The notes under the pieces were generated by a model. The model was not told the DNA's origin, did not search any database, and saw only the letters and a list, made by a program, of their open reading frames with translations. Shown one piece after another: positions 7,739 through 18,200 of a stretch of 40,000 bases of DNA (the first letter of the stretch is position 1; every line of letters begins with the position of its first letter). This DNA is from Granulicella rosea (GTDB lineage Bacteria > Acidobacteriota > Terriglobia > Terriglobales > Acidobacteriaceae), in assembly GCF_900188085.1 (NCBI RefSeq), contig NZ_FZOU01000015.1:14644-54643 (forward strand), given 5' to 3'. A program made the translations under genes and the position numbers.

Positions 7739-9140
7739 CTCACGCAGACAGAAGATCGAACCCCTGAACTGGACCGAGGCCGCACAGGCTCCGGCCCTGA
7801 AGGGGATGACTTCGTTTCTGGATGTGAGCGCAGAGGATGTCCGCAACGGAACCTTCCATAGCTTTGGCCCGCACTTTATGGGCAAGCATGTTTCATCCCC
7901 TAGAGATGAAACATCCCCAGGGGATGAAACATCAGTTGATCGTTCTGCATCCCGTCAGATCCGTTCGTCCAGTGCAGTCACTCCTATTACGGTCAGGAAG
8001 CTAACGACATCGACTGCTCCGCACGATCTGGCAGAGCCCGTATCGCGCGCAGGGGTGGAATTGTACCCAGGGGTGCTTTCATCCCCTGGGTATGAAACGT
8101 ATATAGGCTCTGATGAGCCTCTTGCCGCCGACCTCGCACCGCAGGTTCGAGATGGTTTGACCCCTGGGCGTGGCCGTTCCAAGGTAAGGCGTTGTGTGCT
8201 GGCTCAGGATGGCCACTCGCTCGGCGAGGAGGCGATATACCAGGTGATGTGGCGCGCCGGACGGCCTGAGAACAACGACCCGAACTGTGCCCGCACGATC
8301 CGGATCGGTGCGGCAGACATCGGCTGCAAGGTCAATATGGCGAAGAAGAATGTGCGCCAGAACATCTCCCGGCTCTTCGAGAAGCTAGCGATCGAGATTC
8401 TCGAAGACTTCGAGACCATGAGTTCGCAAGCCCGGCTCTACCGGGTCTACTCGTATAAGCAGATTCTGGAGCGCAGGCGTGCGGCTGGGCTGGACTACGT
8501 GCTGCGCAATAAGGGGGTAGTGTTCTGCACGGCGGATGGAGAAGAGGTTGTTTCATCCCCTGCCTACGTTTCATCCCCAGGGGATGAAACGTATATACGT
8601 CCTGCTGCTCCGAAGAAGCGCCGCGCTCCGCAGCCTCCCAACGCACTGGCTCCGCTTCATCCAGCCCTTCGGCAGGCAGCGCCGCAGGAGAGCTCCGAAA
8701 GCATGGACGTCGAGATCGTTTCGCAGGCGCTCAATCGGTACTGGCCTGTCGATCAGCCGGCGGCCGAGCAGCTGATTCGCGACTGTCGCCGCATCCGTCC
8801 CGATGCGACGGGGGAGGAGATATCCTTCTTTGTCCGTGAGAAGCTTGAGCTGGCGCGACAGAACCGGAATATCGCCAACCCGATTGGCCTGATCCTTGCG
8901 ACCGTGCCCCAGTCATTCGTAGGCGCCACCTTTCTCGGCTTTCGCGAGCGCATGGGGCGTCAGGCAATGCTCGCGGCGGAGGAGCAGCAGCGGAAGCAGC
9001 AGGAACAGGCGGAGCTTTCGACCTGGCTGCTGAACGAGCGAGAGCGCTACGAGACGATCGCGGGAGACCCGGATCGCTCGGACAGAGAACGGATCAACGC
9101 GGAGAATCGCTTGCGTCAGCTCGCGTCGTGGAACCTGTAA
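7719..9140 (+). CDS. ParA-coupled winged-helix DNA-binding protein (candidate centromere-binding or replication-initiator protein); function unknown
   Basis: The start ATG at 7719 overlaps the parA stop (7736-7738). The central part IRIGAADIGCKVNMAKKNVRQNISRLFEKLAIEILEDF...RLYRVYSYKQILERRR looks like a winged-helix/HTH domain. The C-terminus is a charged coiled-coil-like tail (EEQQRKQQEQAEL...). The N-terminal third is low complexity and carries three copies of the DNA motif, so the true start could lie further downstream. Confidence 0.6.
   Translation: MSQLPRSSRRQKIEPLNWTEAAQAPALKGMTSFLDVSAEDVRNGTFHSFGPHFMGKHVSSPRDETSPGDETSVDRSASRQIRSSSAVTPITVRKLTTSTAPHDLAEPVSRAGVELYPGVLSSPGYETYIGSDEPLAADLAPQVRDGLTPGRGRSKVRRCVLAQDGHSLGEEAIYQVMWRAGRPENNDPNCARTIRIGAADIGCKVNMAKKNVRQNISRLFEKLAIEILEDFETMSSQARLYRVYSYKQILERRRAAGLDYVLRNKGVVFCTADGEEVVSSPAYVSSPGDETYIRPAAPKKRRAPQPPNALAPLHPALRQAAPQESSESMDVEIVSQALNRYWPVDQPAAEQLIRDCRRIRPDATGEEISFFVREKLELARQNRNIANPIGLILATVPQSFVGATFLGFRERMGRQAMLAAEEQQRKQQEQAELSTWLLNERERYETIAGDPDRSDRERINAENRLRQLASWNL
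7888..7933. repeat. Motif cluster 3 (inside the WH-protein CDS)
   Basis: Sequence atGTTTCATCCCCtagaGATGAAACATCCCCAGGGGATGAAACatc, with GTTTCATCCCC at 7890-7900 and the palindrome ATCCCCAGGGGAT at 7913-7925. It encodes HVSSPRDETSPGDETS. Confidence 0.9.
8063..8107. repeat. Motif cluster 4 (inside the WH-protein CDS)
   Basis: Sequence gtaCCCAGGGGtgcTTTCATCCCCTGGGtATGAAACgtatata. It encodes YPGVLSSPGYETYI. Confidence 0.9.
8548..8598. repeat. Motif cluster 5 (inside the WH-protein CDS), with a perfect 23-nt palindrome at 8568-8590
   Basis: Sequence gttGTTTCATCCCCtgcctacGTTTCATCCCCAGGGGATGAAACgtatatac. GTTTCATCCCC-A-GGGGATGAAAC is a perfect 11-1-11 palindrome. The cluster encodes VVSSPAYVSSPGDETYIR. 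Confidence 0.9.
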
Positions 9141-9212
9141 ACCTCGTATTGAGGCAGGAAATGAGACGATCAAGCCCTAAGGTATAGCTGCGCGTATGCG
9201 CATCTTCGGAGG

Positions 9213-9440
9213 GTGAGTTCGGTTTTGGAACAACATAAAGCGGGTCGTGATCTTTGGCGCGACGTTCGCTGTCCGTTCTGGAACCTGCAGACGGAGCTCG
9301 ACGGGCGCGGCGTTGAGGACGCCATCGCTGCCGCCATGCTCCCCGAGAAGCAGTTCGAGAACGGATTCTTTACCGATGCGCCGCGTCGCGTTCTGGCAAA
9401 TCTGCTCAGAAAAGGAGGCTCGGTCGCGACGCTTCTGGAG
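9213..9440 (+). pseudogene. Possible remnant of a type IV secretion coupling protein (TraD/TraG/VirD4-like) gene
   Basis: The segment DLWRDVRCPFWNLQTEL...EDAIAAAMLPEKQFENGFFTDAPRRVLANLLRKG resembles the conserved coupling-protein stretch (D.R...WN...E......d.....a..l.p.......FF...AR.ll..ll). The rest of the ORF is Pro/Arg-rich junk, and no Walker motifs are present. This call is weak. Confidence 0.3.
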
Positions 9441-9877
9441 TGGATGGCCGAGCCGAGACCGTTGCCTCCTCCTACTGCTGTGCCGGAGCCGGCTTCCATC
9501 CCCGACCCACCTCCTCCTGAGAATCGAGGACGCGGAGCCGGAGCGCGCAAGTCCGCCTTCAAGAAGAAGCACAGTGCGGGACGGGAATGGAGCCTCAACC
9601 TCAACGTGCCCATCAGCAGAGCAGGGCTCAATCGGAACAACCTCTTGAGCCTCCAAAGCTAGATACCCCTCGTCTCTCGACGCCAGAAACTTATGACTTC
9701 CAATCGGCGGATGGTGCAGGTAAGCCACAATTCCCGGATAGCTATAGCCTCACGGCGCGTTCAGATAGCGATACATGTCCGACGCTTCCATCGACTTTCG
9801 CGGCAGCAACCAACCAGTAGAGCGGCGGAACTGCGAAAGCCCGTCGATAGATGCGCGAACGCGTAAGTATCGGACAG

Positions 9878-10130
9878 AAACGCAGCGTTTTCAGCCGGAT
9901 ACACATCGAGCCTTCGGGGCCGCGCCGAACCTGTACTGTAAAGCCGGGACGGGGAACGGAAGTGCTACCATTAAGTCCTGACACGTCTAGCCGCCAGAAC
10001 GAACTGCTTTCCGTTGAGGCATTCCGCTGCGAACCGTCGCATCGAGGTTTCTACCCAGGCATGTAAGTTTGACACGGGAATGCTCGAAATGGAGCTGGAT
10101 TGTTCCTTACCCAGATGCAGAACAGTAAAA
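9878..10130 (-). pseudogene. Possible remnant of the C-terminal end of a DDE (rve/integrase-core) transposase
   Basis: The minus-strand reading ...NLHAWVETSMRRFAAECLNGKQFVLAARRVRT-stop-W-stop-HFRSPSRLYSTGSARPRRLDVYPAENAAF resembles the IS3/IS481-type tail (.E.FN..L..ECLN...F.SL.EAR..IE.W...YN..RPH..L....P.EF). It is interrupted by two stops. This call is weak. Confidence 0.3.
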
Positions 10131-10224
10131 CCCAAATGGCCGCCACGGGTCGTCGGAGTTCGCGCAAGACGGGATGCGGCATATCGTTTGGAGCGGTGAC
10201 GGTTGTGTCGCAAGGGAGATCGTA

Positions 10225-12105
10225 ATGAAGCGTAACGTTCCTGTCCTAGCTCTTTTCGTCCTGTGCGCTTCGAGTGGCGTTGTCCATGCACAGACGCTCC
10301 CTGCAGGCCCGGAGCCGCAGCTCCATCTCGCTTTGAACAATTTCTCGACGCCTGAAAGCCTTCATCTCACATCCTCCGATACGGAGCCGGCTGCCAGGGC
10401 AGTCGAGACATCGGAGGCGTTTCGCGCCGCGTCCTGGCATGAAGGCCTGTTCAAGAAGCGTCAGGGCTTCAAGTTCGCGGGCAACCGCAGCTCGGTCTAT
10501 CTCCCCGACGATAGCTGGATCTACCCCGAGATGACGCGGCTGTATTCGATGGGCTATGTCGACTCGATGTATCTAAGCATGCGGCCGTGGACGCGTCTCA
10601 GCCTGCTGCACATGTTGCAGGAGACGCAGGACAACATCATGAGCGGCTCGAACGAAGAGGCGAAGGAAATTCTCGCCGTCGTGCTCCGCGAGCTGACCGA
10701 CGAGGAGACCGTAAACGCCCATTCTGGCGGAACGATCTATGGCGTGGACTCCATGTACACGCGGATGATGGGCATCGCCGGCCCGTCGCTGCGCGACAGC
10801 TACAACCTGGGCCAGACGATCGTCAACGACTACGGCAGACCGTATCAGCCGGGATTCAACACCATCGATGGCGTCTCGACGACAGAAGAAAAGGGACGCT
10901 TCTCGCTTTACATCCGCGGCGAGTATCAGCATTCGCCCTCCGGTACGGGATACTCGCCCGAACTGGCGAACACACTCTCCATATTGGATATCGGTCTGCC
11001 GTATATCGCGCCCAACGCGCCGCAGGCCACCATTCCCGCCGGCCCGATCGCCGCGCAAAATCCCTTCCGGCTGGTGGAGGCGGTGCTCTCCTTTCACTTC
11101 CTCAATCACGAGATTTCGGGCGGCAAGACCGATTCATGGCTTGGCCCCGGTCAGGGCGGATCGCTCGCATGGAGCAACAATGCGGAGAACATCTACTCCT
11201 TCCGCATCGATCGCGTGGAGCCGTTGTACATCCCGCTACTCTCCCGCGTGCTCGGCCCGGTTCGATACAACTTCATGTACGGAAGCCTGAAGGGACACAC
11301 CGCGCCGAACAGCCCGTATGTTCACGAGGAGGCGTTCTCCTTCCGGCCAACCAAGAACTTCGAGTTTGCGTTCGAACGTACGGTGATCTTCGGCGGGGAA
11401 GGCCATACGCCGGTGACCCTGCATACCTTCCTGCGAAGCTTCTTTTCGCTCTCCGACGTGGAAGACGACCCCGGCGTGAAGCTGATTGGACAGGATCCCG
11501 GCGCCCGCTTCAGCGATTTCAGCTTCTCCTGGCGGCTGCCGTTTATCAGCAAGTACGTCACCCTGTACGCCGACTCCGAGTGCCATGACGACGTGACGCC
11601 CATCAGCGCACCACGCCGCGCGGCTTACCGGCCGGGATTCGTCATCTCGCAGATTCCGGGTGCGAGGAAGATGGAGTTGCGGGTCGAAGGTCTGGATTCG
11701 AACCAGCCGACAACCCGCAGCAACCTCGGCCACTTCACCTACTTCGAAGGCTTCCAGCCGCAGGGTTACACGAACAAGGGATTTATCATGGGCGACTGGC
11801 TCGGTCGCCAGGCGGTCGGCGAACAGAGCTGGCTGACCTACCATCTCTCGGGCAACGAGCTGGTCCAGTTGGAGTATGTGCACAAGAAGAATGCGCACGA
11901 CTTCACCGAGGGCGGAACGACGCAGAACCAGTTCAAACTGAGTGTGGTGAAGCGGTTCAAGAAGGATCTCGAGCTGAACGCCTGGGTACAGCAGGAGCGC
12001 TTCAAGGCGCCTCTGTATCTTCCCGGCGCGCGGAACAATACGACGGCGGTGGTTCAGTTGACGTACTTCCCGAAGCTTCGCCTGGCGGGGCTGGGCAAGG
12101 ACTAG
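10225..12105 (+). CDS. wzi: Capsule assembly Wzi family outer-membrane protein (putative)
   Basis: Start ATG at 10225 with GGGAGA 6-11 nt upstream. Signal peptide MKRNVPVLALFVLCASSGVVHA-QT. The N-terminal segment SWIYPEMTRLYSMGYVDSMYLSMRPWTRLSLLHMLQE fits the Wzi-family helical bundle motif. The remaining part is rich in alternating aromatic/Gly beta-strand patterns typical of a large beta-barrel. Confidence 0.55.
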   Translation: MKRNVPVLALFVLCASSGVVHAQTLPAGPEPQLHLALNNFSTPESLHLTSSDTEPAARAVETSEAFRAASWHEGLFKKRQGFKFAGNRSSVYLPDDSWIYPEMTRLYSMGYVDSMYLSMRPWTRLSLLHMLQETQDNIMSGSNEEAKEILAVVLRELTDEETVNAHSGGTIYGVDSMYTRMMGIAGPSLRDSYNLGQTIVNDYGRPYQPGFNTIDGVSTTEEKGRFSLYIRGEYQHSPSGTGYSPELANTLSILDIGLPYIAPNAPQATIPAGPIAAQNPFRLVEAVLSFHFLNHEISGGKTDSWLGPGQGGSLAWSNNAENIYSFRIDRVEPLYIPLLSRVLGPVRYNFMYGSLKGHTAPNSPYVHEEAFSFRPTKNFEFAFERTVIFGGEGHTPVTLHTFLRSFFSLSDVEDDPGVKLIGQDPGARFSDFSFSWRLPFISKYVTLYADSECHDDVTPISAPRRAAYRPGFVISQIPGARKMELRVEGLDSNQPTTRSNLGHFTYFEGFQPQGYTNKGFIMGDWLGRQAVGEQSWLTYHLSGNELVQLEYVHKKNAHDFTEGGTTQNQFKLSVVKRFKKDLELNAWVQQERFKAPLYLPGARNNTTAVVQLTYFPKLRLAGLGKD

Positions 12106-12177
12106 CGATTACTTCGTTGTCTGAGCGCCTGCCACGAACCCGCTCTAAAGTATCGGACGCCGCAGGGTAAATCGTTG

Positions 12178-12220
12178 CCCACCTGACCGAAGCGCGAATC
12201 TTCGGCTTCGCTCAGGTGGG
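12178..12220. terminator. Bidirectional hairpin between the convergent wzi and giant-lipoprotein genes
   Basis: The arms cccacctgaccgaagc (12178-12193) and gcttcgctcaggtggg (12205-12220) form a 16-bp stem with one mismatch. No clean U-tract is present. Confidence 0.55.
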
Positions 12221-12250
12221 CGGATTGCTGCCAACGAACGGCTCACCAAC

Positions 12251-15200
12251 TTAGTGAGTGATCTTGCGAATCCGCTGGTTGCCGGAGTCCGAGAAGTAGA
12301 TGTTGCCCTTGCTGTCGGTCACGATGCCGGTGGACACGTAGTAGTTGAAGTTGACCTGCCCGGCCGACGCCAGGCCGCCATCGCCGGTGAAGCCCAATAC
12401 GCCGTTGCCGATGATGGTGTTAATGATTCCTGCCTGCGAGACGACGCGAATCCGATCGTCGCCGGTGGCTATATAGACGTTGCCCGCACTGTCGACGGCA
12501 AGGCCGTAGGGCTGATAGATGGTTGCTGACGCACCGGTGGCGCTGCCTCCGTCTCCGGAGAAATAGCATGGATAGACGGTGTAGTAAGAGGGTGAGCCAG
12601 CCAGCATTGTGACGATACCCGCCGGATTCACCTCCGCTACGTGGCAACGCTCGTCGCCGACGTACAGGTTTCCAGAGGCATCGATTGCCACGGAGAAGAT
12701 TTTGTTGAATGCCATGTTGGTTGCGAGGCCGCCGTAACCCCAGTCATTCGAGCCGCCGCCGACGACGGTGTTGATGACGCCGCCCGGGGACAGCCTGCGG
12801 ATACGGTTGTTGGTGTAGTCGGCGATGTAGAGGTTGCCGGCTCTGTCGACCGCGAGGCCAACGGGGTTGGCCAGCATCGCGCTGGTCCCCTGGCCGCCGT
12901 CGCCGCTGAAGCCCGATATGCCCGTGCCTGCGACGGTGACGATGATGCCATTGGGTGAGATCCTGCGGATGACGTTGTTACCCGTGTCGGCGATGAAGAT
13001 GTTGCCGGTGAGATCGACCGCGACCGATCTTGGCGCGTTGAGCCATGCCGCCGTCGCCTGGCCGCCATCGCCGTAATAGCCCGTTGAGCCGTTGCCCGCC
13101 ACGGTGGTGATGATGCCCGCCGGGGTGACCATGCGGATGCGATTGTTCGCCGTGTCGGCGATGTAGAGATTGCCGCTGCCATCCATGGCGACTCCGGTCG
13201 GATTGTTGACCGAGGCGTTGATGCCGGGGCCACCGTCTCCGCCATAGGTGGCGGCGCCGTTGCCGATGACGGTGTTGATGATCCCGGCGGCGGGGTTGAT
13301 GTAGTACCCGGCGGTTGCGGTCAGGCTGGCGGTGTAGCTTGCAGAGAGCGTGATGGCGTTGATGGTCTCGGAGCTCGAGACGGTGACTGGCCCGGTGTAG
13401 AGGGTGGAGGCAGAGGTGGGATTGGACCCATCGGTGGTGTAGTAGATGGGGGTTCCCGAGGTGGTCGAGATCGTCACCGTCTGGGCCGCGGTGAAGGTTC
13501 CGGCTGCAGGCGAGAAGGTCGGGGTTGCGGCGGCTGGTAGAAGGGTGACGCTATAAGCGGCGCTGCTGACAGAGCTTGCGGCATAGCCGCCGCCCGAGGC
13601 GAAGGCCTTGACGGTCTGCGAGGCAGAGATGGCGATGGGTGCGGTGTAGAGGGTAGACGCCGCGGTCGGCGTGGAGCCGTCGATGGTGTAGTAGATCGGC
13701 ACGCCGGGCGAGCTGGTCGAGAGGGAAAGATACTGCGTGGAGGTGTAACTTCCGGAGGCGAGCGAGAAGATCGGCGCGGAGGCGGTGAAGGCGTTCGAGT
13801 AGCTCACCTTACGGACGCGCTGATTGTAGGTGTCGGCGAGGTAAAGATTGCCAGTCTTGTCGACCCACATCCCGGTGGGGTTCAGGGTGGAGAAGTAAAG
13901 AGACGCGGTGGTCGCGTTGACTCCGTCTCCGCTGTAGCCCGAGCCGCCGTTTCCTGCAACCGTGGAGATGATGCCGCCCGTAGTTACCTTACGGATACGC
14001 TCGTTGCCGCTATCGACGATGTAGAGATTGCCGGCGGTGTCGGCGAAGATGCCATTCGGAAGATTGAGGGTTGCACTGGCGGCGGCGGCTCCATCGCCGG
14101 AGAAGCTCTTCGTGCCGGTGCCGGCGAAGGTGGAGATGATGCCAGCGGCGTTGACCTTGCGAATGCGGTTATTGCCGATGTCGGCGATGTAGACGTTGCC
14201 GCTGGCGTCTGCCGCGATGCCTCCGACGTTGGCCAGCGAGGCGCTGGTTCCGATGGCTCCATCTCCGCTGAAGCCCGTTGTGCCGTTGCCCGCGATGGTG
14301 GAGATGATGCCGGAGGTGTCGATCTTGCGGACCCGGTAGGTGCCTGCGTCGGCGATATAGAGGTTGCCATTGCTGTCGAACGCGAGGGCCTGAGGGTATG
14401 CTAGCTCGGCGCTGGTCGCTGCGCCACCGTCGCCGGTGAAGCCTCGGGTTCCGTTGCCTGCGATGGTGGAGATGATGCCTGCGGGGGTGACCTTGCGAAC
14501 GCGGTTGTTGGTGCTGTCCGCGATATACACGTTGCCGCTGCTATCGACGGCAACGCCTAAAGCAGCGCCAATCTGCGCGGCGCTGGCCGCTCCGCCGTCT
14601 CCGCTGAATCCGGAGACGCCTGTGCCGGCGAAGGTGGAGATGACGCCTGCCGGCGTGACTTTACGGATGCGGTAGTTGTTCCAGTCGTCGATATAGACGT
14701 TGCCGCTGTTGTCTACGGCCACCGCATACGGGGAATAAAGCTGGGCGCTGGTGGCGGCGATGCCGTCGCCGTTATAGCCCGAGGTTCCAGTGCCTGCGAT
14801 GGTGGTGATGATGCCGATGCCCTGGTTGATGTAGTAGCCGCCGCTCGCAACGGAGCTGGCGACATAGCCGGTAGGCGCGGCAAAGGCGTTGATCGTCTCG
14901 GAGGCCGCAACTGTGATGGCGCCAGTGTAGAGCGTGGATGAGGTGGTGGGGGTCGAGCCGTCGGTGGTGTAGTAGATGGGGCCGCCGCTGCTGGAGGTAA
15001 GGGTGACCGTCTGTCCCGCAGCATAGTTGCCCGGCGCGGGCGAGAAGGTGGGTGTGCTGGCGACCTGCGGGAGCGAGATGACGTAGTTCGCGATGGCGAC
15101 TGAGCTGTTGTTCAGCAGACTGGTTTGGACGGCGATTGCCTTCAGGGTCTCGGATGTACGGACCGTGACGGGAGCGCTGTACAGAGAAGACGTCGTTGTC

Positions 15201-18200
15201 GGCGTCGTGCCGTCGGTGGTGTAGTAAATCGACGCGCCCGTTGTCGCGGTGGTGATGGCGACGACCTGGACCGAGGTGTAGATTCCGGAGGCGACGGAGA
15301 AGGTCGGCGTTGCGGCATATGCGTTGGAGTAGGTTACCTTGCGGACGCGCGAGTTGGCCCAATCGGTGAGGTAGAGGTTGCCTATGCTATCGGCGAAGAT
15401 GCCGGTAGGGTTGTTCAACTCTGCGGTGACCGCATTGATGCCATCGCTGTTGTAGCCTGCCGTACCGTTTCCGGCGACGGTGGTGATGATGCCGGAGGGA
15501 TCGACCTTGCGGAAGCGCTGGGCGTCGGCGAAGTAGAAGTTGCCGGCCGTATCGACGTTCACGGTAAATGGCTGGTTCAGGGTCGCGCTGGTGGCGGCGA
15601 ATCCGTCGCCGGAGAAGCCTTGGACACCAGTGCCCGCGACGGTGGAGATGACGCCGGCGGAGTTCACCTTGCGGATGCGGTTATTGCTTTCGTCCGCGAT
15701 GTAGATATTGCCGGCGCCATCGACCGCGACGCCCGAGGGGTAGGACAGTTGGGCGCTCGTGGCCGGTCCGCCGTCTCCGCTGAAGCCCGCCGTGCCGTTG
15801 CCGGCGACGGTAGAGATGATGCCTGCGGAGTTGACCTTGCGGATCTTGTTGTTGCCGATGTCGGCGATGTAGAGGTTTCCGCTGCCATCGACCGCGACAT
15901 ACAGACGGTTGGACAAGGTGGCGCTGGTGGCCAGTCCGCCGTCGCCGCTGGAGCCCTGGGCGCCTGTGCCTGCGACGGTGGTGATGTTGCCTGTCGTATC
16001 GACCTTGCGAATGCGCAGGTTTAAGCTGTCTCCTATATAAAGGTTGCCGGCGCTGTCGATGGCCAGGCCTTCCGGATAGTTGAGATACGCGGTGGTTGCT
16101 GGGCCTCCGTCGCCCCCATAGGCAAGATGGCCTGGGCTGCCCGCGATGATGGAGATGACGCCTGCGGGGGTGACCTTGCGAACGCAACTGCAGGAGCCCG
16201 CGGCATTGGTGATGTACAGGTTGCCGCTGCGGTCCATGACGGTGGTGTAGGGGAAGGCGAGCTCCGCGCCGGTCGCCTGGCTGCCATCGCCTGTGTATCC
16301 GGAGATTCCATCGCCGGCAACAGTGGAGATGATACCGATGCCCTGGTTGATGAAGTAACCCGCGCTGACGACGGAGCTGCTGGTATAGCCCGTGGCGGTG
16401 GCAATGGCGTTGATCGTCTCGGGCGTCGAGACCGTAATGGGACCGGTGTAGAGCGTGGACGAGGTGGTAGGCGTCGAGCCATCCGTCGTGTAATAGACGG
16501 CGCCGCTGATGGGGGCGGTAATGGAGACCGTCTGGGCGATGGAGTAGTTGCCTGGTGCAGGCGAAAAGGTGACCGCGCCGGGGTAGGGCAGCGATCCGGT
16601 GATCGTGTAGGCGGCGCTGGCGACGGGGCTCGATGTGTAACCGGCGCCGGTGGCGATGGCGTTGACGGTCTGCGAGGCGGCGACGGTGATGGGCGCGGTG
16701 TAGATATTGGACGAGGTGGTGGGCGTGGAGCCGTCGGTCGTGTAGTAGATCGACGTATCGGGAGAGCTGGTCGAGATGGAGACGGTCTGAGCGGCGCTGT
16801 AGCTTCCGGCAGCCGGTGAGAAGACCGGAGTGGCGGCGGCGAGCCCGGTCGAGTAGGTGATCTTGCGGACGCGCTGATTGTAGGTGTCGGCGAGGTAGAG
16901 ATTGCCGAAGCTGTCGATCGTCAGCGTATCTATTGCATAGTAAACAAAGCTGAACGAAGCGGCCAGTGGACTGCCTCCGTCGCCGCCGTATGATGGGGTG
17001 CCGCCTTTTCCGGCGACGGTGGAGATGATGCCAGCAGGTGTGACCTTGCGGATGCGATCGTTGTCGGTGTCGACGATATAGAGATTTCCGGCCGTATCGA
17101 AGGCGATGCCACTTGGATTGTTGAGCAAAGCGGCGCTGGCGGGGCCGCCGTCACCGCCGAATCCCCCCGCTAAACCAGGCGTGCCGGCGCCTACGGCGGT
17201 GGTCAGATAGCCGGTGGTATCTACCTTGAGAATCCGGTTGTAGGCCGGGTCGGCGATGTAGAGATTGCCGCTGGTGTCTAAGGCGATGCCACCAATCTGA
17301 TAGGACAACTCGGCGCTGATCGCCGGTCCATCGCCGGAGTAGCCTGCCGTGCCATTGCCCGCAATGAGGGTGAGCCCATGGGTAATGTGGTCCATCTTGT
17401 AAACTCGGCTACCGATGCCGCTGAACTGGCCTTGGCCTGGGTAGGTGAAGTAAATATTGCCTGCCTGATCGAATATGAAGGACTGGCTGGCCCCCGCGAC
17501 AACGGTGGAGATAACACCGTCCGGCGCGATCCTGTGAATAGATCCGTCCGAGAAATAGACGTTGCCACTGTTATCGACGACCACGCCTCCTGGGTATCCG
17601 ATCTGTGCGAGCGTGGCCGGTCCACCCTCGCCGGTGCTTCCGGAGACGCCCGTGCCGGCGATAGTGGAGATGATGCCTGCCGGAGTGACCTTGCGAATGC
17701 GGTAATTGACCGAATCAGCAATGTAGAGATTGCCGCTGCTGTCAACCGCAGTCGCCGTTGGAGTGGAGAGCGGTGTGCTGGTGGCGGGGACGCCATCGCC
17801 GTAGTATCCCGTCTCACCATCGCCGGCGATGGTGTTGATGACGCCGACGCCCTGGTTTAAGAAGTATCCGCCGGCCGTGACCGTACTGCTGGCATAGCCG
17901 GAGGGGAAGGAGATGGCGCTGATTGTCTCGGAGGTCTGGACGGTGATCGGACCGGTGTAGAGCGTGGACGAGGTGGTGGGGGCGGAGCCGTCGGTGGTGT
18001 AGTAGATGGCTCCTGTGGTGGAGGAGATCGTCACCGTCTGTCCTGCGGCGTAGTTGCCGGGCGCGGGCGAGAGGATGGGCGCCGAGGCGACCGGAATCTG
18101 AATGACATAGGCCGCAGAGGCGACGGCGCTGTTGTTGCTGTAGCCGGGCAAGACCGCAATGGCCTTGATGGTCTGCGAGGTGGTGAGAGTGATGGGGCCG

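Larger units (their letters stand above)
6381..10130. mobile_element. Decayed plasmid/ICE-like module (HTH-ParA-WH operon, coupling-protein remnant, transposase remnant); boundaries approximate
   Basis: The gene content is typical of integrated conjugative or plasmid-like elements. GC content drops locally at 6.55-6.78 kb and 9.7-10.1 kb. The module sits between a pseudogene scar and the polysaccharide locus. No integrase and no flanking direct repeats were found. Confidence 0.5.

Noticed and set aside
6417-8598. CRISPR array as an explanation for the recurring GTTTCAT.../...ATGAAAC words
   Set aside because: The units are not regularly spaced (gaps of about 60 bp to 1.3 kb) and are mutually inverted and degenerate rather than identical direct repeats. 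Three lie inside an open reading frame, and no cas genes are present.
9177-9728. 183-aa and 156-aa minus-strand ORFs, and 9247..9648 (+)
   Set aside because: These are mutually overlapping, Arg/Pro/Ser-rich frames with no motifs in a region that looks like eroded mobile-element DNA. Only the 9213.. frame shows even weak family resemblance.
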